Sequence record: PV261924.1
DNA: 64,000 nt
Reading direction: 5' to 3' (one strand)
The notes beneath the pieces are model-generated. The model saw only the letters and a list, made by a program, of their open reading frames with translations, did not search any database and had not been told where the DNA came from. Position 1 is the stretch's first letter. Each line of letters starts with the position of its first letter. The position numbers and the translations under genes are program-made. Shown here piece after piece: positions 25,297 to 35,010 of the stretch.

Positions 25297-25772
25297 GAAT
25301 TTCTCAGTTTTTGATGCACTGCATCTTTAATACTATTATAATCAGAGTAGTTACCAATGTCAAGGTCGTTGGCATCAAAGACTTCATCGAAGTCAGTTCT
25401 TTCTAGGATCTTGTTCTTGATCTCTAACTGTTTCTTCTCTTGAGAGATCCTTCTCAGGAATGCATAGTAGATGATCTGAGTAAAGTATGCAAAGGGGTTC
25501 TTTGACTTCTCAGGATTAAAGTTATGAATGTATCTCACACAGTTCTCAATACCATCACAAATCATGTCATCTTTGAACATGTAGTTGACAAAGTTTGGTT
25601 TGTATGACAAGTGATTTGCAATCTTCAGAAAGCACTCACCAATGTAACGAGGAATTTCTGGTTTGGGTTGATCATTGAGTTTTGCTTTCTCCACTCGTGC
25701 AAAGTAGTTCTCAAGTGCGTTCAGAAACTCCTTGTTATTTACATAGTGTTCTGCATTTCTGGGTTTAGGCAT
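25293..25772 (-). CDS. 55: Late-transcription sigma factor gp55
   Basis: HYVNNKEFL...NYMFKDDMICDG...NPFAYFTQIIYYAFLRRI; start trimmed to MPKP. Confidence 0.95.
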   Translation of the reverse strand: MPKPRNAEHYVNNKEFLNALENYFARVEKAKLNDQPKPEIPRYIGECFLKIANHLSYKPNFVNYMFKDDMICDGIENCVRYIHNFNPEKSKNPFAYFTQIIYYAFLRRISQEKKQLEIKNKILERTDFDEVFDANDLDIGNYSDYNSIKDAVHQKLRNS

Positions 25773-25794
25773 AATGGTTCTTTTTGTTGTCTTT

Positions 25795-25845
25795 ATTATA
25801 TCAGAGATATCAAGTGTTGACAAGGTATCAAAAGCCATATAGACT
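25795..25845. promoter_or_regulatory. Back-to-back sigma70-type promoters with overlapping -35 boxes
   Basis: Minus: TTGTCA (25823-25818), 17 nt, TATAAT (25800-25795). Plus: TTGACA (25817-25822), 17 nt, TAGACT (25840-25845). Confidence 0.65.
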
Positions 25846-25882
25846 AGGCTTGTCCAGGATGATAGATAAGTTATAGGTACTA

Positions 25883-26269
25883 CTAAGAGGACTTATAAAG
25901 CTTCTCCAAGACTTCCTTAGTATCCCTTACATTCCCTAAGTAACCCATCCTTCTATCTAACTTAGCAAAGTTACCTTGGTTTGTTTTTCTAATGTAGTCT
26001 TGATAGTTCATAATCATTTCAATGTTCTCTGATTCAGACATTGTGAGAACATCTTCTAGATTAATTACAAATAGATCTTCATGCGAAGTCTTTAACCATG
26101 GTTCAAACTTGTAACCAGTAATTGAACCTCTTGTTTTAATTGGTTGAACACAAATAGGATGAGAGATGAGAAGCATAGTTCTATCATCTTCATCAGATGC
26201 TGCTACCTTACAAAAGATTTCATCACCACATTTGAGTTTGATTGTTGCGTAAAAATCATCCTCTATCAT
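25883..26269 (-). CDS. Small conserved protein, putative Sm-like fold
   Basis: IKLKCGDEIFCKV...HPI...PWL...VLT...Y. Confidence 0.8.
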   Translation of the reverse strand: MIEDDFYATIKLKCGDEIFCKVAASDEDDRTMLLISHPICVQPIKTRGSITGYKFEPWLKTSHEDLFVINLEDVLTMSESENIEMIMNYQDYIRKTNQGNFAKLDRRMGYLGNVRDTKEVLEKLYKSS

Positions 26270-26283
26270 ACAATCTCCTTTTT

Positions 26284-27750
26284 CTAGTCTTTTATGTCAA
26301 TAGTATAAATGTCGTAATTGAACTGTTCTGAAACATAGATCTTCACTCTTTCAATAAAGTGATTCAATGTGTAATTCTTTCTTGATCCAATAGTAAAGTC
26401 ATCTGCAATATCATAAAGTTTTGCACTAACCTTATCTTTGCCTTTACGTAGGACTCTACCAATACTTTGTAAGTTTCTTACTCTAGATTTTGATGGAGAG
26501 GCAAATATTACGTTATGAAGGTTTTTAATATTAATACCAGTACTGAACGTTCCGTAAGATGCGACGATGATAGCGTCTTTTTCTTTTTCAGTAATCTCCC
26601 TTACTTGTTCTCTATCCTCGGCATCTACACCACCATGAATAAAAAATACTTTACGGTCTTCACTTACCTTTTTATTTATTAAGTCAAATAAGATGGCACC
26701 ATGAGCCTCCACTCTGGAATACAGCACCAGACTATTACCATCTAAATCTCTGACTAGATTCGTAATAAAATTATTCCTCTTCTCATGTGATATCAGATAT
26801 TGAATCTCATCTTCATAGGTATCAAACTTCTTAGGTCTATACTTCAGAACAAGACACTGAATATCAAGTTCAGCAAGGTGTCCTTCCTCTTGTAGTTTCT
26901 TTGTTTGAGTGACTTTATATGATGGACCAAAGAGTCCCTCTAACACCCATTTATGGGTCTGAGAGCCGTCTAGTGTCCCCGTAAACCCGTATCTATACTT
27001 AGCATGATGTAACTTGTCCATAATGCCAATAAGAGACTTACTCTTAAAAAGGTGGGCCTCGTCACCAATGACTACATCATACTCCTCAAAGAACTTACGA
27101 TCCAACTGATAGACAGATTGCCAAGTGGTAATGGTTACCTCATTTGTATTGACTCTCTCACGTCCAGCATAAATTCTGTGACAATGATTCTCTGCATCCC
27201 AACCATATTGTTGGAAGTCCTTGAACATCTGTTCTACAAGAGATGTGGTAGGAACAACCAATAGAATCTTATTACCACGTGCAACGTGATATCTCACTAC
27301 AGAGTAAATCATAAAAGATTTGCCAGAACCCGTAGGAGAGATGAGTAGTTTTCTGTTATACCTTAATGCTTCGTATACACCTTCTACCTGATAGTCACGG
27401 GGACTGATACCAGGTGATATACTTTCCATATAATCTTTAGTACCGCCTTGACTTACAAAGTCATTCACTTCAAATGGTGGACCGTAGAATTTATTATTTA
27501 AAAACTTATACGTATATCCTGCACTCTCACAGAATGCAATAATCTTATCAAGAAGACCCACATAGATTCTCTTGGTCTTCATGTTGAATAGATGAACAAA
27601 TCCATCCCAGTACTTACTCCGATACTGGGGCATGAATTTTTTATTTGGAACCTCAAAGGTGAACCTATCTCTCAGTTCATACTCGATGTGTGGTTCTGTC
27701 GTAATCTTTAGGTAAACTTCGTTTACCTTTTCTATAGTCAAATCAGCCAT
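26284..27750 (-). CDS. uvsW: UvsW SF2 helicase
   Basis: PRDYQ, SPTGSGKS, GDEAH, TGT, QSIGR. Confidence 0.95.
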   Translation of the reverse strand: MADLTIEKVNEVYLKITTEPHIEYELRDRFTFEVPNKKFMPQYRSKYWDGFVHLFNMKTKRIYVGLLDKIIAFCESAGYTYKFLNNKFYGPPFEVNDFVSQGGTKDYMESISPGISPRDYQVEGVYEALRYNRKLLISPTGSGKSFMIYSVVRYHVARGNKILLVVPTTSLVEQMFKDFQQYGWDAENHCHRIYAGRERVNTNEVTITTWQSVYQLDRKFFEEYDVVIGDEAHLFKSKSLIGIMDKLHHAKYRYGFTGTLDGSQTHKWVLEGLFGPSYKVTQTKKLQEEGHLAELDIQCLVLKYRPKKFDTYEDEIQYLISHEKRNNFITNLVRDLDGNSLVLYSRVEAHGAILFDLINKKVSEDRKVFFIHGGVDAEDREQVREITEKEKDAIIVASYGTFSTGINIKNLHNVIFASPSKSRVRNLQSIGRVLRKGKDKVSAKLYDIADDFTIGSRKNYTLNHFIERVKIYVSEQFNYDIYTIDIKD

Positions 27751-27779
27751 ACATGTAGGTTCTCACCTACAAGTATTTA

Positions 27780-27965
27780 TTACATATTTTCAAACTTATA
27801 TTGTAAAACAATCCGATATAGAAAGTCTTTCATAAAATTTAATCTTGCTTGTTCATCAGGATGACCACCAGGCCATTTCTCATAATGAAACTTCACAGAG
27901 TTGTAGATAAGATAGACATCTTCAATATCTAAATCTAATTCTACATAAGGTCTTTCTTCTTCCAT
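27780..27965 (-). CDS. Hypothetical protein, 61 aa
   Basis: ORF track. Confidence 0.75.
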   Translation of the reverse strand: MEEERPYVELDLDIEDVYLIYNSVKFHYEKWPGGHPDEQARLNFMKDFLYRIVLQYKFENM

Positions 27966-28471
27966 TAACCTAACCCTTTCTTCAAATGATTATGAATGGT
28001 TCCCTCAGACAAACCAAAGTATTCGGCTGCCTTGGTTTGACTTTCAAATTCAATCCCCCTATATACACACTTCTTTCTTCTGTTTTTATTACCTTTGGCT
28101 CTTTCTCTGGCATCATATCTAAATTCATCGGTTCTCTTCATACCAGAATTTGCTTTAGATATTCTATCTTTGTGTTGTTGGCTAAGAACTCTTCCAGAGG
28201 CACCTTCACCCCCATCAGTCATATTTCTTAGAATTCCTGTACCTATATCTTTACGACCAAAAATAGAAATCATATAAACTTCGTGTCTAAATGCGTCTTC
28301 CTCCAATTCAAAAGTTTTTAGAATTAATCTTCTATTTTCTTCAGGTAAGTTGATTTTTTTATTTTTTGAATTTATTCTTTGCGTCATTTTTTCACGAAAC
28401 TTACCTTTCCCAATATAGTAAGGCGTTCCATTTTCTCTAAGATAAGCATAGGTGTAAAAATTATTATTCAT
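27965..28471 (-). mobile_element. Free-standing GIY-YIG-like homing endonuclease with NUMOD3-like repeats
   Basis: FYTYAYLRENGTPYYIGKG, RNMTDGGEG, HKDRISKANSG; AT-rich; sits between uvsY and its downstream genes. Confidence 0.75.
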
Positions 28472-28902
28472 CCTAAACCTGAAGTAAATCTCATGAACTC
28501 AATGCTGTTTTTGATTTGATAGTTTCTTTGGTGCAGCATTTTTAGAATCTCTTCTATATATCTCAACATCACTTCGTAATACTCACACTTCAACGAAATT
28601 CCTGAGAGTCTCTCATCAGCGTCCAAATATTTTTGCATAGTGTCTTTATCTCGGATCTTTTTGGGAAACGGATCTTTGACATAAACATCAGGGTCTGCTT
28701 TACCCGAATAGTACTCATATCTTTCGTGCCTTACATTCTTTTTTTGTTGTTCTGCTTTTTTCCTCAACAACATGAGGTTATTATAAATGTCATAATATTT
28801 TGAGTGCAGAACTGGAATGTTCAGAGACTCGGTATGTAAGTTGTCAATGTCAATTTTAGAATCCTTTTCCCACATCTGTTGAAGTGTAGGTAGGTCAATC
28901 AT
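28468..28902 (-). CDS. uvsY: Recombination mediator UvsY
   Basis: WEKDSKID...LHSKYY...YYSGK...RNYQIKNSIEF. Confidence 0.9.
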   Translation of the reverse strand: MIDLPTLQQMWEKDSKIDIDNLHTESLNIPVLHSKYYDIYNNLMLLRKKAEQQKKNVRHERYEYYSGKADPDVYVKDPFPKKIRDKDTMQKYLDADERLSGISLKCEYYEVMLRYIEEILKMLHQRNYQIKNSIEFMRFTSGLG

Positions 28903-29451
28903 TTAGCAACACTCAAATGCTTCTATAGTATAGTTAGAATACTTGAAGGTGACATCAGCTGTCAAGTATTCTACATCAGTTCCTGTTGCGTCAAACTGAA
29001 TGTCTGACAATGTGGTAGGAAATAAGTCCTTAAACTTGACCGCAAACACTGGTCTATTGATACCGTTCAGGATAGTGAGGGTTCCATCAGAGAACAAGTT
29101 AATCTCGCTGTTGGGTGTCTGTTTGACGGGACCAGTCTTTTGGAATGCATAAATCTCATCAAGACTTTCAGGGAAACCAATACCTCTTAACCAGGTTTGT
29201 ATCTCCATATAATTCTCAAGACCCGCATCAATCAAGAAACGAATTCTTAAGTCATTGAATTCTAAGATATCACCAGGTCTTGGAATCTGTCTCAAATATG
29301 AGGGTTGAGTTGCAACACCCATCACAAGACCAGGCACATTGATTGCATTACCAAAGAATCCAAGTTTAGGTGCCCTGTTGACAGTGAAACTAAACCCAGT
29401 AGCCTGTAGAAAGTTTCTATCAGATATCTGGTTTGTAAGAGGTTGTGTCAT
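28903..29451 (-). CDS. 3: Tail completion / tube terminator gp3
   Basis: GDILEFNDL.IRFLID..LENYMEI..W; position next to uvsY. Confidence 0.85.
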   Translation of the reverse strand: MTQPLTNQISDRNFLQATGFSFTVNRAPKLGFFGNAINVPGLVMGVATQPSYLRQIPRPGDILEFNDLRIRFLIDAGLENYMEIQTWLRGIGFPESLDEIYAFQKTGPVKQTPNSEINLFSDGTLTILNGINRPVFAVKFKDLFPTTLSDIQFDATGTDVEYLTADVTFKYSNYTIEAFECC

Positions 29452-29452
29452 T

Positions 29453-29614
29453 TTATTCGTTTACTACAAGACCTGCATACCTGATATATTCTTCTCTGGC
29501 ATCAGCTTCAGTGGTGAATTGTTTTCTTTCTGAAAACTTATCAGTCCACTGTTCTCTACCTTTGTAATATACCTCTTTGTCACAGATCACTTTCTTTATA
29601 AAAGATGCCATCAT
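29453..29614 (-). CDS. Hypothetical protein, about 53 aa
   Basis: Hand translation MMASFIKKVICDKEVYYKGREQWTDKFSERKQF...; TAAATA at 29634-29639. Confidence 0.7.
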   Translation of the reverse strand: MMASFIKKVICDKEVYYKGREQWTDKFSERKQFTTEADAREEYIRYAGLVVNE

Positions 29615-29639
29615 CCTATAAGTGGTTTATGAGTATTTA

Positions 29640-31088
29640 TCAGTTACCTTGAAGTTCTGCAACTTGAGCTTCAAGGGTTTCGATGCGCTCCATTGCTTCT
29701 TGGAGGGCTTTAACTGCTTTCATGTAAAGGATGGATGCCTTAAAACTCAACACCTCATCTCCTTCTACTAAATTGTTAGTAGTATCAGCAATTTCTTCCT
29801 CGGAAGCAGGACGACGTGTAATAAGTCCAGGACTAACGGTTTCAAGTTCCTGTGCAATCGGGCCTAAATGTAACGTACCTGCAGGATCATTTTTGTAATG
29901 GAAGTTGGTGATGCGGACGTTTTTAATGTCACTCCATTGAGAATTAGCATCAACGATGTCCTGCTTTAAGCGTTCGTCGGAACTAATTGGACCATAACTA
30001 TTAGCCGCATTTTCAACTTGTCCATTAGTTCGGACTAAAAACACAAAAGTGCCGCTGGTCGTGCTGCTTGCATCTCGTAGCCCGCCAATAAGAATGTGAC
30101 TGGTGCTGGCTGCTTGAGAACTTCTAAACCCGTGACCGTCAGTTGAACTAGTAAAGCTTAGTAGTCTTCCATTACTCATAATCCTCATCCGCTCAGTCGG
30201 GCTGTTGTCACTGTCGGCGGTGGTGGAAAATACTAGGCGGCCTGGCATGTCATTAGCGCCAGGTGTGCCGTCTACTTCACCACGAATGCTTGCTGCCTGG
30301 ACAAACTCAGTGCCGTCAGAGCCCTGGAACTCGATACCGCCAACAGCATCTCCTGATTGCACAACAGTTGTGGAACCCACAACGGTTCCACGAGTTTTTG
30401 CAAGAGATAAAATTGAGTATCCAGTATTATTGCTATTTCTAATAATTGCCAGGTTAGCAGTGCTTGTATTTGTTCCTTCGATCAGAACTTGACTGGATTC
30501 GGTCGAGTTGAAGAAATTGCTACGCGCAGTAGCCGTACCAACCAACAGCCTGCCGCTGGTATCGATGCGCATTCTCTCAGAGGCTTTATCGTTGCCCAAC
30601 CAACGATGCGAACCATCAGAGGCATATACAAGATTACTACCACCAGCTGAGACACTATCTATCCCGATCCATGCTGTGGACACGTTGGAATTTCTATTGC
30701 CAGTTAATTCAATTGCAGGTCCAAAATCTCCCGTACTAGAAGTTTCAAAACGAGCTACGGGTTGATATTGTGTGTCCGCTAAAGATGACTCAACATGAAA
30801 TTCTCTATCTGGGGTAGAAACCCCTATTCCTATGCGGCCCGAGCTGTCAATACGTACACGTTCTGAAGAATTTGTATATAAACCTAACTCATTATTAGCA
30901 GGATTACCAATAGATGCCCCTGTACCAATTACTACACCTTGTCTAGCAGTAATGACACCAACAGAATCTACACTGGTGACATCTTCATAAGTGACTGTAC
31001 CTGAAATGGATACAGTGTCATTTACCCCACCAATAGTAATCTTATTACCACTTCTAGGGTTAATATTATTAGTGAGAATATTTGACAT
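29640..31088 (-). CDS. Tail-fibre-like protein with a C-terminal intramolecular chaperone (S74-like) domain
   Basis: Repeated ERMRIDSSG/TSG fibre motifs; SSDERLKQDI; GPIAQELE; C-terminal coiled coil. Confidence 0.8.
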   Translation of the reverse strand: MSNILTNNINPRSGNKITIGGVNDTVSISGTVTYEDVTSVDSVGVITARQGVVIGTGASIGNPANNELGLYTNSSERVRIDSSGRIGIGVSTPDREFHVESSLADTQYQPVARFETSSTGDFGPAIELTGNRNSNVSTAWIGIDSVSAGGSNLVYASDGSHRWLGNDKASERMRIDTSGRLLVGTATARSNFFNSTESSQVLIEGTNTSTANLAIIRNSNNTGYSILSLAKTRGTVVGSTTVVQSGDAVGGIEFQGSDGTEFVQAASIRGEVDGTPGANDMPGRLVFSTTADSDNSPTERMRIMSNGRLLSFTSSTDGHGFRSSQAASTSHILIGGLRDASSTTSGTFVFLVRTNGQVENAANSYGPISSDERLKQDIVDANSQWSDIKNVRITNFHYKNDPAGTLHLGPIAQELETVSPGLITRRPASEEEIADTTNNLVEGDEVLSFKASILYMKAVKALQEAMERIETLEAQVAELQGN

Positions 31089-31124
31089 CGATCAAAGATA
31101 CTTTTCTTCTATTTATCAACGCAT

Positions 31125-31149
31125 AAAAAAAGAGACCCTTGCGGGTCCC
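31125..31149 (-). terminator. gp23 terminator
   Basis: GGGACCC-GCAA-GGGTCTC then T7. Confidence 0.85.
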
Positions 31150-31173
31150 TTGGTTACGATCTCTTGTGATGGA

Positions 31174-32604
31174 TCACATGAGGTTCTTAACAGCAACACG
31201 TCTGTAGTAACGGTTGGAGTTAACTCTGAGTCTGCCAAGACCTTGGTCAATACCTTCAGCGAATGGGTTAGCAACGAGACCGTAACGGGTCTTGAAGCCG
31301 ATTTTTGGCTGGAAGGTGTTCTCACCGACGGCACGAACCATCTGGAGAGGAACATAAGGACAATAGAACAGACCAGCGTCATAAGGTGAAGAACCCTTAT
31401 AACCGACGACATAGTACTGGTTACCACCGTTGGTTGCAGCGTTAGCAGCAGACAGGTTAGCAGAATATGGGTCGATGTAGACGCGGAACTTACCGTTGAT
31501 GGTACCAGCGAAGGTGTTGCCAGTGTCGTCAACGTTCAGGTTAGCGTTGAGTGCTGGGGTGTAGTCGAGGATACCAGCCATGGTCAGTGCGGAAGCAACG
31601 TCTGCGGAACACAGAATCATGTTGCCCTTGCCACGACGAGTTCTTTGAGCAATCGCGTTAGCGTCTCTCTCGATCTGGAACAGAAGACCCTTGAACTTCT
31701 CAACAGACCAACGACCGTTGGAGTCAACGTCGAGGTCAAATACACCAGCAGTTGCAGTGTTAGAAACGGCACCTTGCTCAGCAGTCTTATAGATGGTTCT
31801 GATGACTTCGCGGTTGATTTCAGCAAGAATCTCAGTTGAGAGAATGTTTGCCAACTCAGCCTCAGCATTCAGACCATGGATTGCCTTGAGGTCTTGTGCC
31901 AGTTCCAAGGAGTACTCAGCCTTGAGTGCTCTTGACTTAGCGGTTACAGTGACTTTCTCGATCGAGAATGCCATCTGGTTGAAGTGATCGCCAGTGCCTG
32001 AACCCAGGTTCTCAGCGTCACCAGTTACCATACCCTGGCCTACGTTGTAGCCAGTGGATGATGCAGAACCAACAGGGTTCAGAACTGATGGGTTAGTACC
32101 AGACTGTGAGGTTGTACCCAGACCAGCATTAGCATCAGACATGCCTGCGGTCAGGTTGAAGCCGTCATCCTGACCAGAGAATGCGGTATCGACTTCGTTG
32201 TAGAAGGTCTCGGAACCAGACTGGTTCTCGTAGCGAGATCTCATTGCGAAGATCAGGCCAGTAGGACCGTTCATTGGCTGAACGCCTGCGAGGTCATATG
32301 CGACCAGGTTAGGCATTGCACGTCTGATCAATGAGATCAGAACAGGGTCGAAACCTGCGGTAGGACCAGCAGCTGGTGAACCAGCACCAAAACCACCAGA
32401 TGCACCAGCAGCGTTAGCAGCGTTGGTTGGGGTTTCCATCAGGTTGATACCTGACTGGAATGCTTGCTCCTCGCGGAGGAATTTTTCTTGGTTTTCGAGC
32501 AGGACTGCGGTTACAGCTCTTCTGTGAGTATCCTTGATTGGATCAAGACCTTCATAGTCGAGAAGTGGACTCCACTTTTCCTGCAGATGTTCGGATTGAA
32601 ACAT
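31174..32604 (-). CDS. 23: Major capsid protein gp23
   Basis: LIRRAMPNL...VQPMNGPTGLIFAMR, KSRALKAEY, YCPYVPL, FKTRYG. Confidence 0.98.
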   Translation of the reverse strand: MFQSEHLQEKWSPLLDYEGLDPIKDTHRRAVTAVLLENQEKFLREEQAFQSGINLMETPTNAANAAGASGGFGAGSPAAGPTAGFDPVLISLIRRAMPNLVAYDLAGVQPMNGPTGLIFAMRSRYENQSGSETFYNEVDTAFSGQDDGFNLTAGMSDANAGLGTTSQSGTNPSVLNPVGSASSTGYNVGQGMVTGDAENLGSGTGDHFNQMAFSIEKVTVTAKSRALKAEYSLELAQDLKAIHGLNAEAELANILSTEILAEINREVIRTIYKTAEQGAVSNTATAGVFDLDVDSNGRWSVEKFKGLLFQIERDANAIAQRTRRGKGNMILCSADVASALTMAGILDYTPALNANLNVDDTGNTFAGTINGKFRVYIDPYSANLSAANAATNGGNQYYVVGYKGSSPYDAGLFYCPYVPLQMVRAVGENTFQPKIGFKTRYGLVANPFAEGIDQGLGRLRVNSNRYYRRVAVKNLM

Positions 32605-32645
32605 TTGCTTTTACCTAATAGTTGTTGTTTGAATGAATGTTAAAT

Positions 32646-33707
32646 TCACTTTTTGAATGCACCAAGTGCTCTCATGTACTGTTCCATACCTGTAGAGGTA
32701 GGAGCAGGGGTTGAATCTACACTTTCAGAGATTGTCTGAGGTGCTTCAGATTTCGCGGAAGGTGCCTTGGAGAAGTATGACTCCTTCAGGGTCTCCAGCT
32801 TTTCACGATATTCTTCTTCACTTTCAAACTCTACACTTTCAGCAAGTGAAGCGAGCTTCTCTTTCTGGGTCTCAGCAAGACCTTCAGAGACAACTGAAAG
32901 AACGATGTCTGCAGTGGACTCAGCGAGTCTCTTATTCAGACCAATGTTCTTCTCAATCTGCTCATTGAGTTTAGTCTCCATATCATCAAGTTTTTCTACC
33001 ATGCTCTCAAGTACATCATATTTTTCTTCAGGGATAGTTACATAATGCTCTTCAAAAAGACCCTTCATGCCAGACAGGAAGGATTCAGTCATTTCGGTCT
33101 TGAGACCATGTTCGATAGCCAACTCATTCTCGGTCATCCACTCTTCGCAGACGTACTCAAGATATGCGTCAACTCTCTCGGTGAGCTCACCCTTAAGGGC
33201 TTGTCTCTCCTCGTCCAGACGCTCAGCGTACTGGATTTCCAGGGATTCCTGGATTTCTTTGATTTTTGAGGTTAATGCAGCTTCAAAGATGACACGTGCC
33301 TTTTCTTTGAATTCTTCGGAGAGCTCTTCACCACCGAGGAGTGCATTTACGTCCTCTTCGATGTCAACAGTCTCTTCGGTAACTTCTTCGGATTCGGATA
33401 CAATCTCTTCCTCTTCGAGGACTTCCTCTTCGGTTTCGATTTCTTCCTTAGCCATTTTCTTCATTGGATCAGCAGCTTTTGCACCCTTATTAACTACATC
33501 CTTGACAGTAGCGATCTTAGGCTCTCTGAGCTTTGCAGAATCGTTGTCAGGCTTGTAGTTCTCAGGGGTAGGACCACCGAGATCTTCGTAGGAAGTTGAC
33601 AGGCCTTCGCCTGGGCTGGAAAGCTTAGGCATACCTTCAGCAGGTTTAGCGTTCGCGTTCACAGCAGTTTTAGATTGCTCCATTTCTTGTAAATCTCCAC
33701 GAGACAT
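32646..33707 (-). CDS. 22: Prohead core scaffold gp22
   Basis: Acidic coiled coil; YLEYVCEEWM..NELAIE.G; position before gp23. Confidence 0.92.
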   Translation of the reverse strand: MSRGDLQEMEQSKTAVNANAKPAEGMPKLSSPGEGLSTSYEDLGGPTPENYKPDNDSAKLREPKIATVKDVVNKGAKAADPMKKMAKEEIETEEEVLEEEEIVSESEEVTEETVDIEEDVNALLGGEELSEEFKEKARVIFEAALTSKIKEIQESLEIQYAERLDEERQALKGELTERVDAYLEYVCEEWMTENELAIEHGLKTEMTESFLSGMKGLFEEHYVTIPEEKYDVLESMVEKLDDMETKLNEQIEKNIGLNKRLAESTADIVLSVVSEGLAETQKEKLASLAESVEFESEEEYREKLETLKESYFSKAPSAKSEAPQTISESVDSTPAPTSTGMEQYMRALGAFKK

Positions 33708-33744
33708 TTGAAGTTACTCCGATTAACCTTTTTTAATCTATATT

Positions 33745-33752
33745 TATTTATA
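33745..33752 (-). promoter_or_regulatory. T4-type late promoter TATAAATA
   Basis: Full consensus upstream of gp22. The TAAATA core also occurs in intergenic gaps near 1272, 2451, 3793, 11809, 27774, 29634, 31110, 35005, 35253, 36968, 37626, 40105, 45238, 46238, 46504, 48340, 49263, 50716, 53093, 62531 and 63895. Confidence 0.85.
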
Positions 33753-33774
33753 AATTGTATATTTCAATAACTTA

Positions 33775-34425
33775 TCAAAGATTGTTTAAAAAGTCATTGA
33801 ACAAATCAAGTTTCTTCTCATCAAGTTGACCTTGAGTTACAAGAGTGTTGATCTGCTTGTAGGTTTTCTTGGCGGCCTGTTCTCTAAGGATGCCACCATC
33901 CCAAATCCACTCTTTTCCTTCCATGATACCTTCAACGAAAGCATCAGGTGCAGAAGGATCAGCAACGATATCAGCAGCAGTTGCTAACATGAAGTCGTCA
34001 CCAACAATGTTTACACCTTCTCTGGTTTGTTTGAGTGACCCAATACCTCTACTAGAAACACCCAATTTAACTCCTTCTCCGATGAGTGACTTCGCAATGT
34101 TACCCATTGGTGTTGATAAGATTTTTGCCTTACCAATGAAGTTATTTCCGTCTTCTTTGAGAGAAATAATTTTGTGACTGACGCGATCAAGATTAACAGT
34201 CGGGCCGTCTGGGTGTCCGAGTTCTCCAAGAGCCCTCCCAGAATTAATATGGTTTTCTGTGTATCTTTGGACTTCCTTTCTCAGGCCTTCCATTTGATAC
34301 ATTCTGCCATTACGATTACAGATGTTACCCTGAAGGAAGATACCCTCAATGTACATATGCTTCTTACCGCCTTTCTCCTCGACGATAAAATCAACTGACT
34401 CGATTTCTTCTCTGATTAGTTTCAT
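33775..34425 (-). CDS. 21: Prohead protease gp21
   Basis: GELGHP, GVSSRGIGS, DIVADPSAPDA. Confidence 0.95.
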   Translation of the reverse strand: MKLIREEIESVDFIVEEKGGKKHMYIEGIFLQGNICNRNGRMYQMEGLRKEVQRYTENHINSGRALGELGHPDGPTVNLDRVSHKIISLKEDGNNFIGKAKILSTPMGNIAKSLIGEGVKLGVSSRGIGSLKQTREGVNIVGDDFMLATAADIVADPSAPDAFVEGIMEGKEWIWDGGILREQAAKKTYKQINTLVTQGQLDEKKLDLFNDFLNNL

Positions 34426-34430
34426 TGTTC

Positions 34431-34979
34431 TCAGGATCTTTGTACTTGTTGGATAAAGGCCTTACCTGTTCCAGATTCTGTCTTGACTGCAACTTTGAAA
34501 GACTTTCTCAATGTTGCGTCAGGTGATGTAAATACATCGGTAACAGAACTAGAGTTATAGTTAACAGTAATTCTTGTGCTGAAATAACCACCAACACCAG
34601 AAGTATTGTTGACAGCAGTAACTTCTTGATGCTCAAAGTCAAAGTTAGACTGACCTGAGACTGTAAGTGTAACCATGTCACCTACATCAAATGGGCTTCC
34701 AGTTCCCTGTGGGAAATCAATAGTAGTTGTAGTACCAGTTGTGATACCAACAACTTTCTGTGCTGATACAGGACCAAGAGAAATTTCTGCCGTATCAAAA
34801 GTAGGTACGTAGAAATGCTCGTTGGTTGCAGTAGGGTTTCCACCATACGTGACATAAACACCAGCAGTTTCTGCTACAATCCTTAGTGAATCGCATTGCT
34901 GTTGAATTGCACTAGATTGAGTAGAACCAGTGCCAGTGGTTAATGTAGTATTGATCCCTACGGGTCTAGAAGCTGACAT
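34431..34979 (-). CDS. Hypothetical Thr/Gly-rich (probably virion) protein
   Basis: ORF track; beta-rich composition; lies in the head operon. Confidence 0.75.
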   Translation of the reverse strand: MSASRPVGINTTLTTGTGSTQSSAIQQQCDSLRIVAETAGVYVTYGGNPTATNEHFYVPTFDTAEISLGPVSAQKVVGITTGTTTTIDFPQGTGSPFDVGDMVTLTVSGQSNFDFEHQEVTAVNNTSGVGGYFSTRITVNYNSSSVTDVFTSPDATLRKSFKVAVKTESGTGKAFIQQVQRS

Positions 34980-35010
34980 TATGTTTCAATAGTTCTATAA
35001 TACTTATTTA

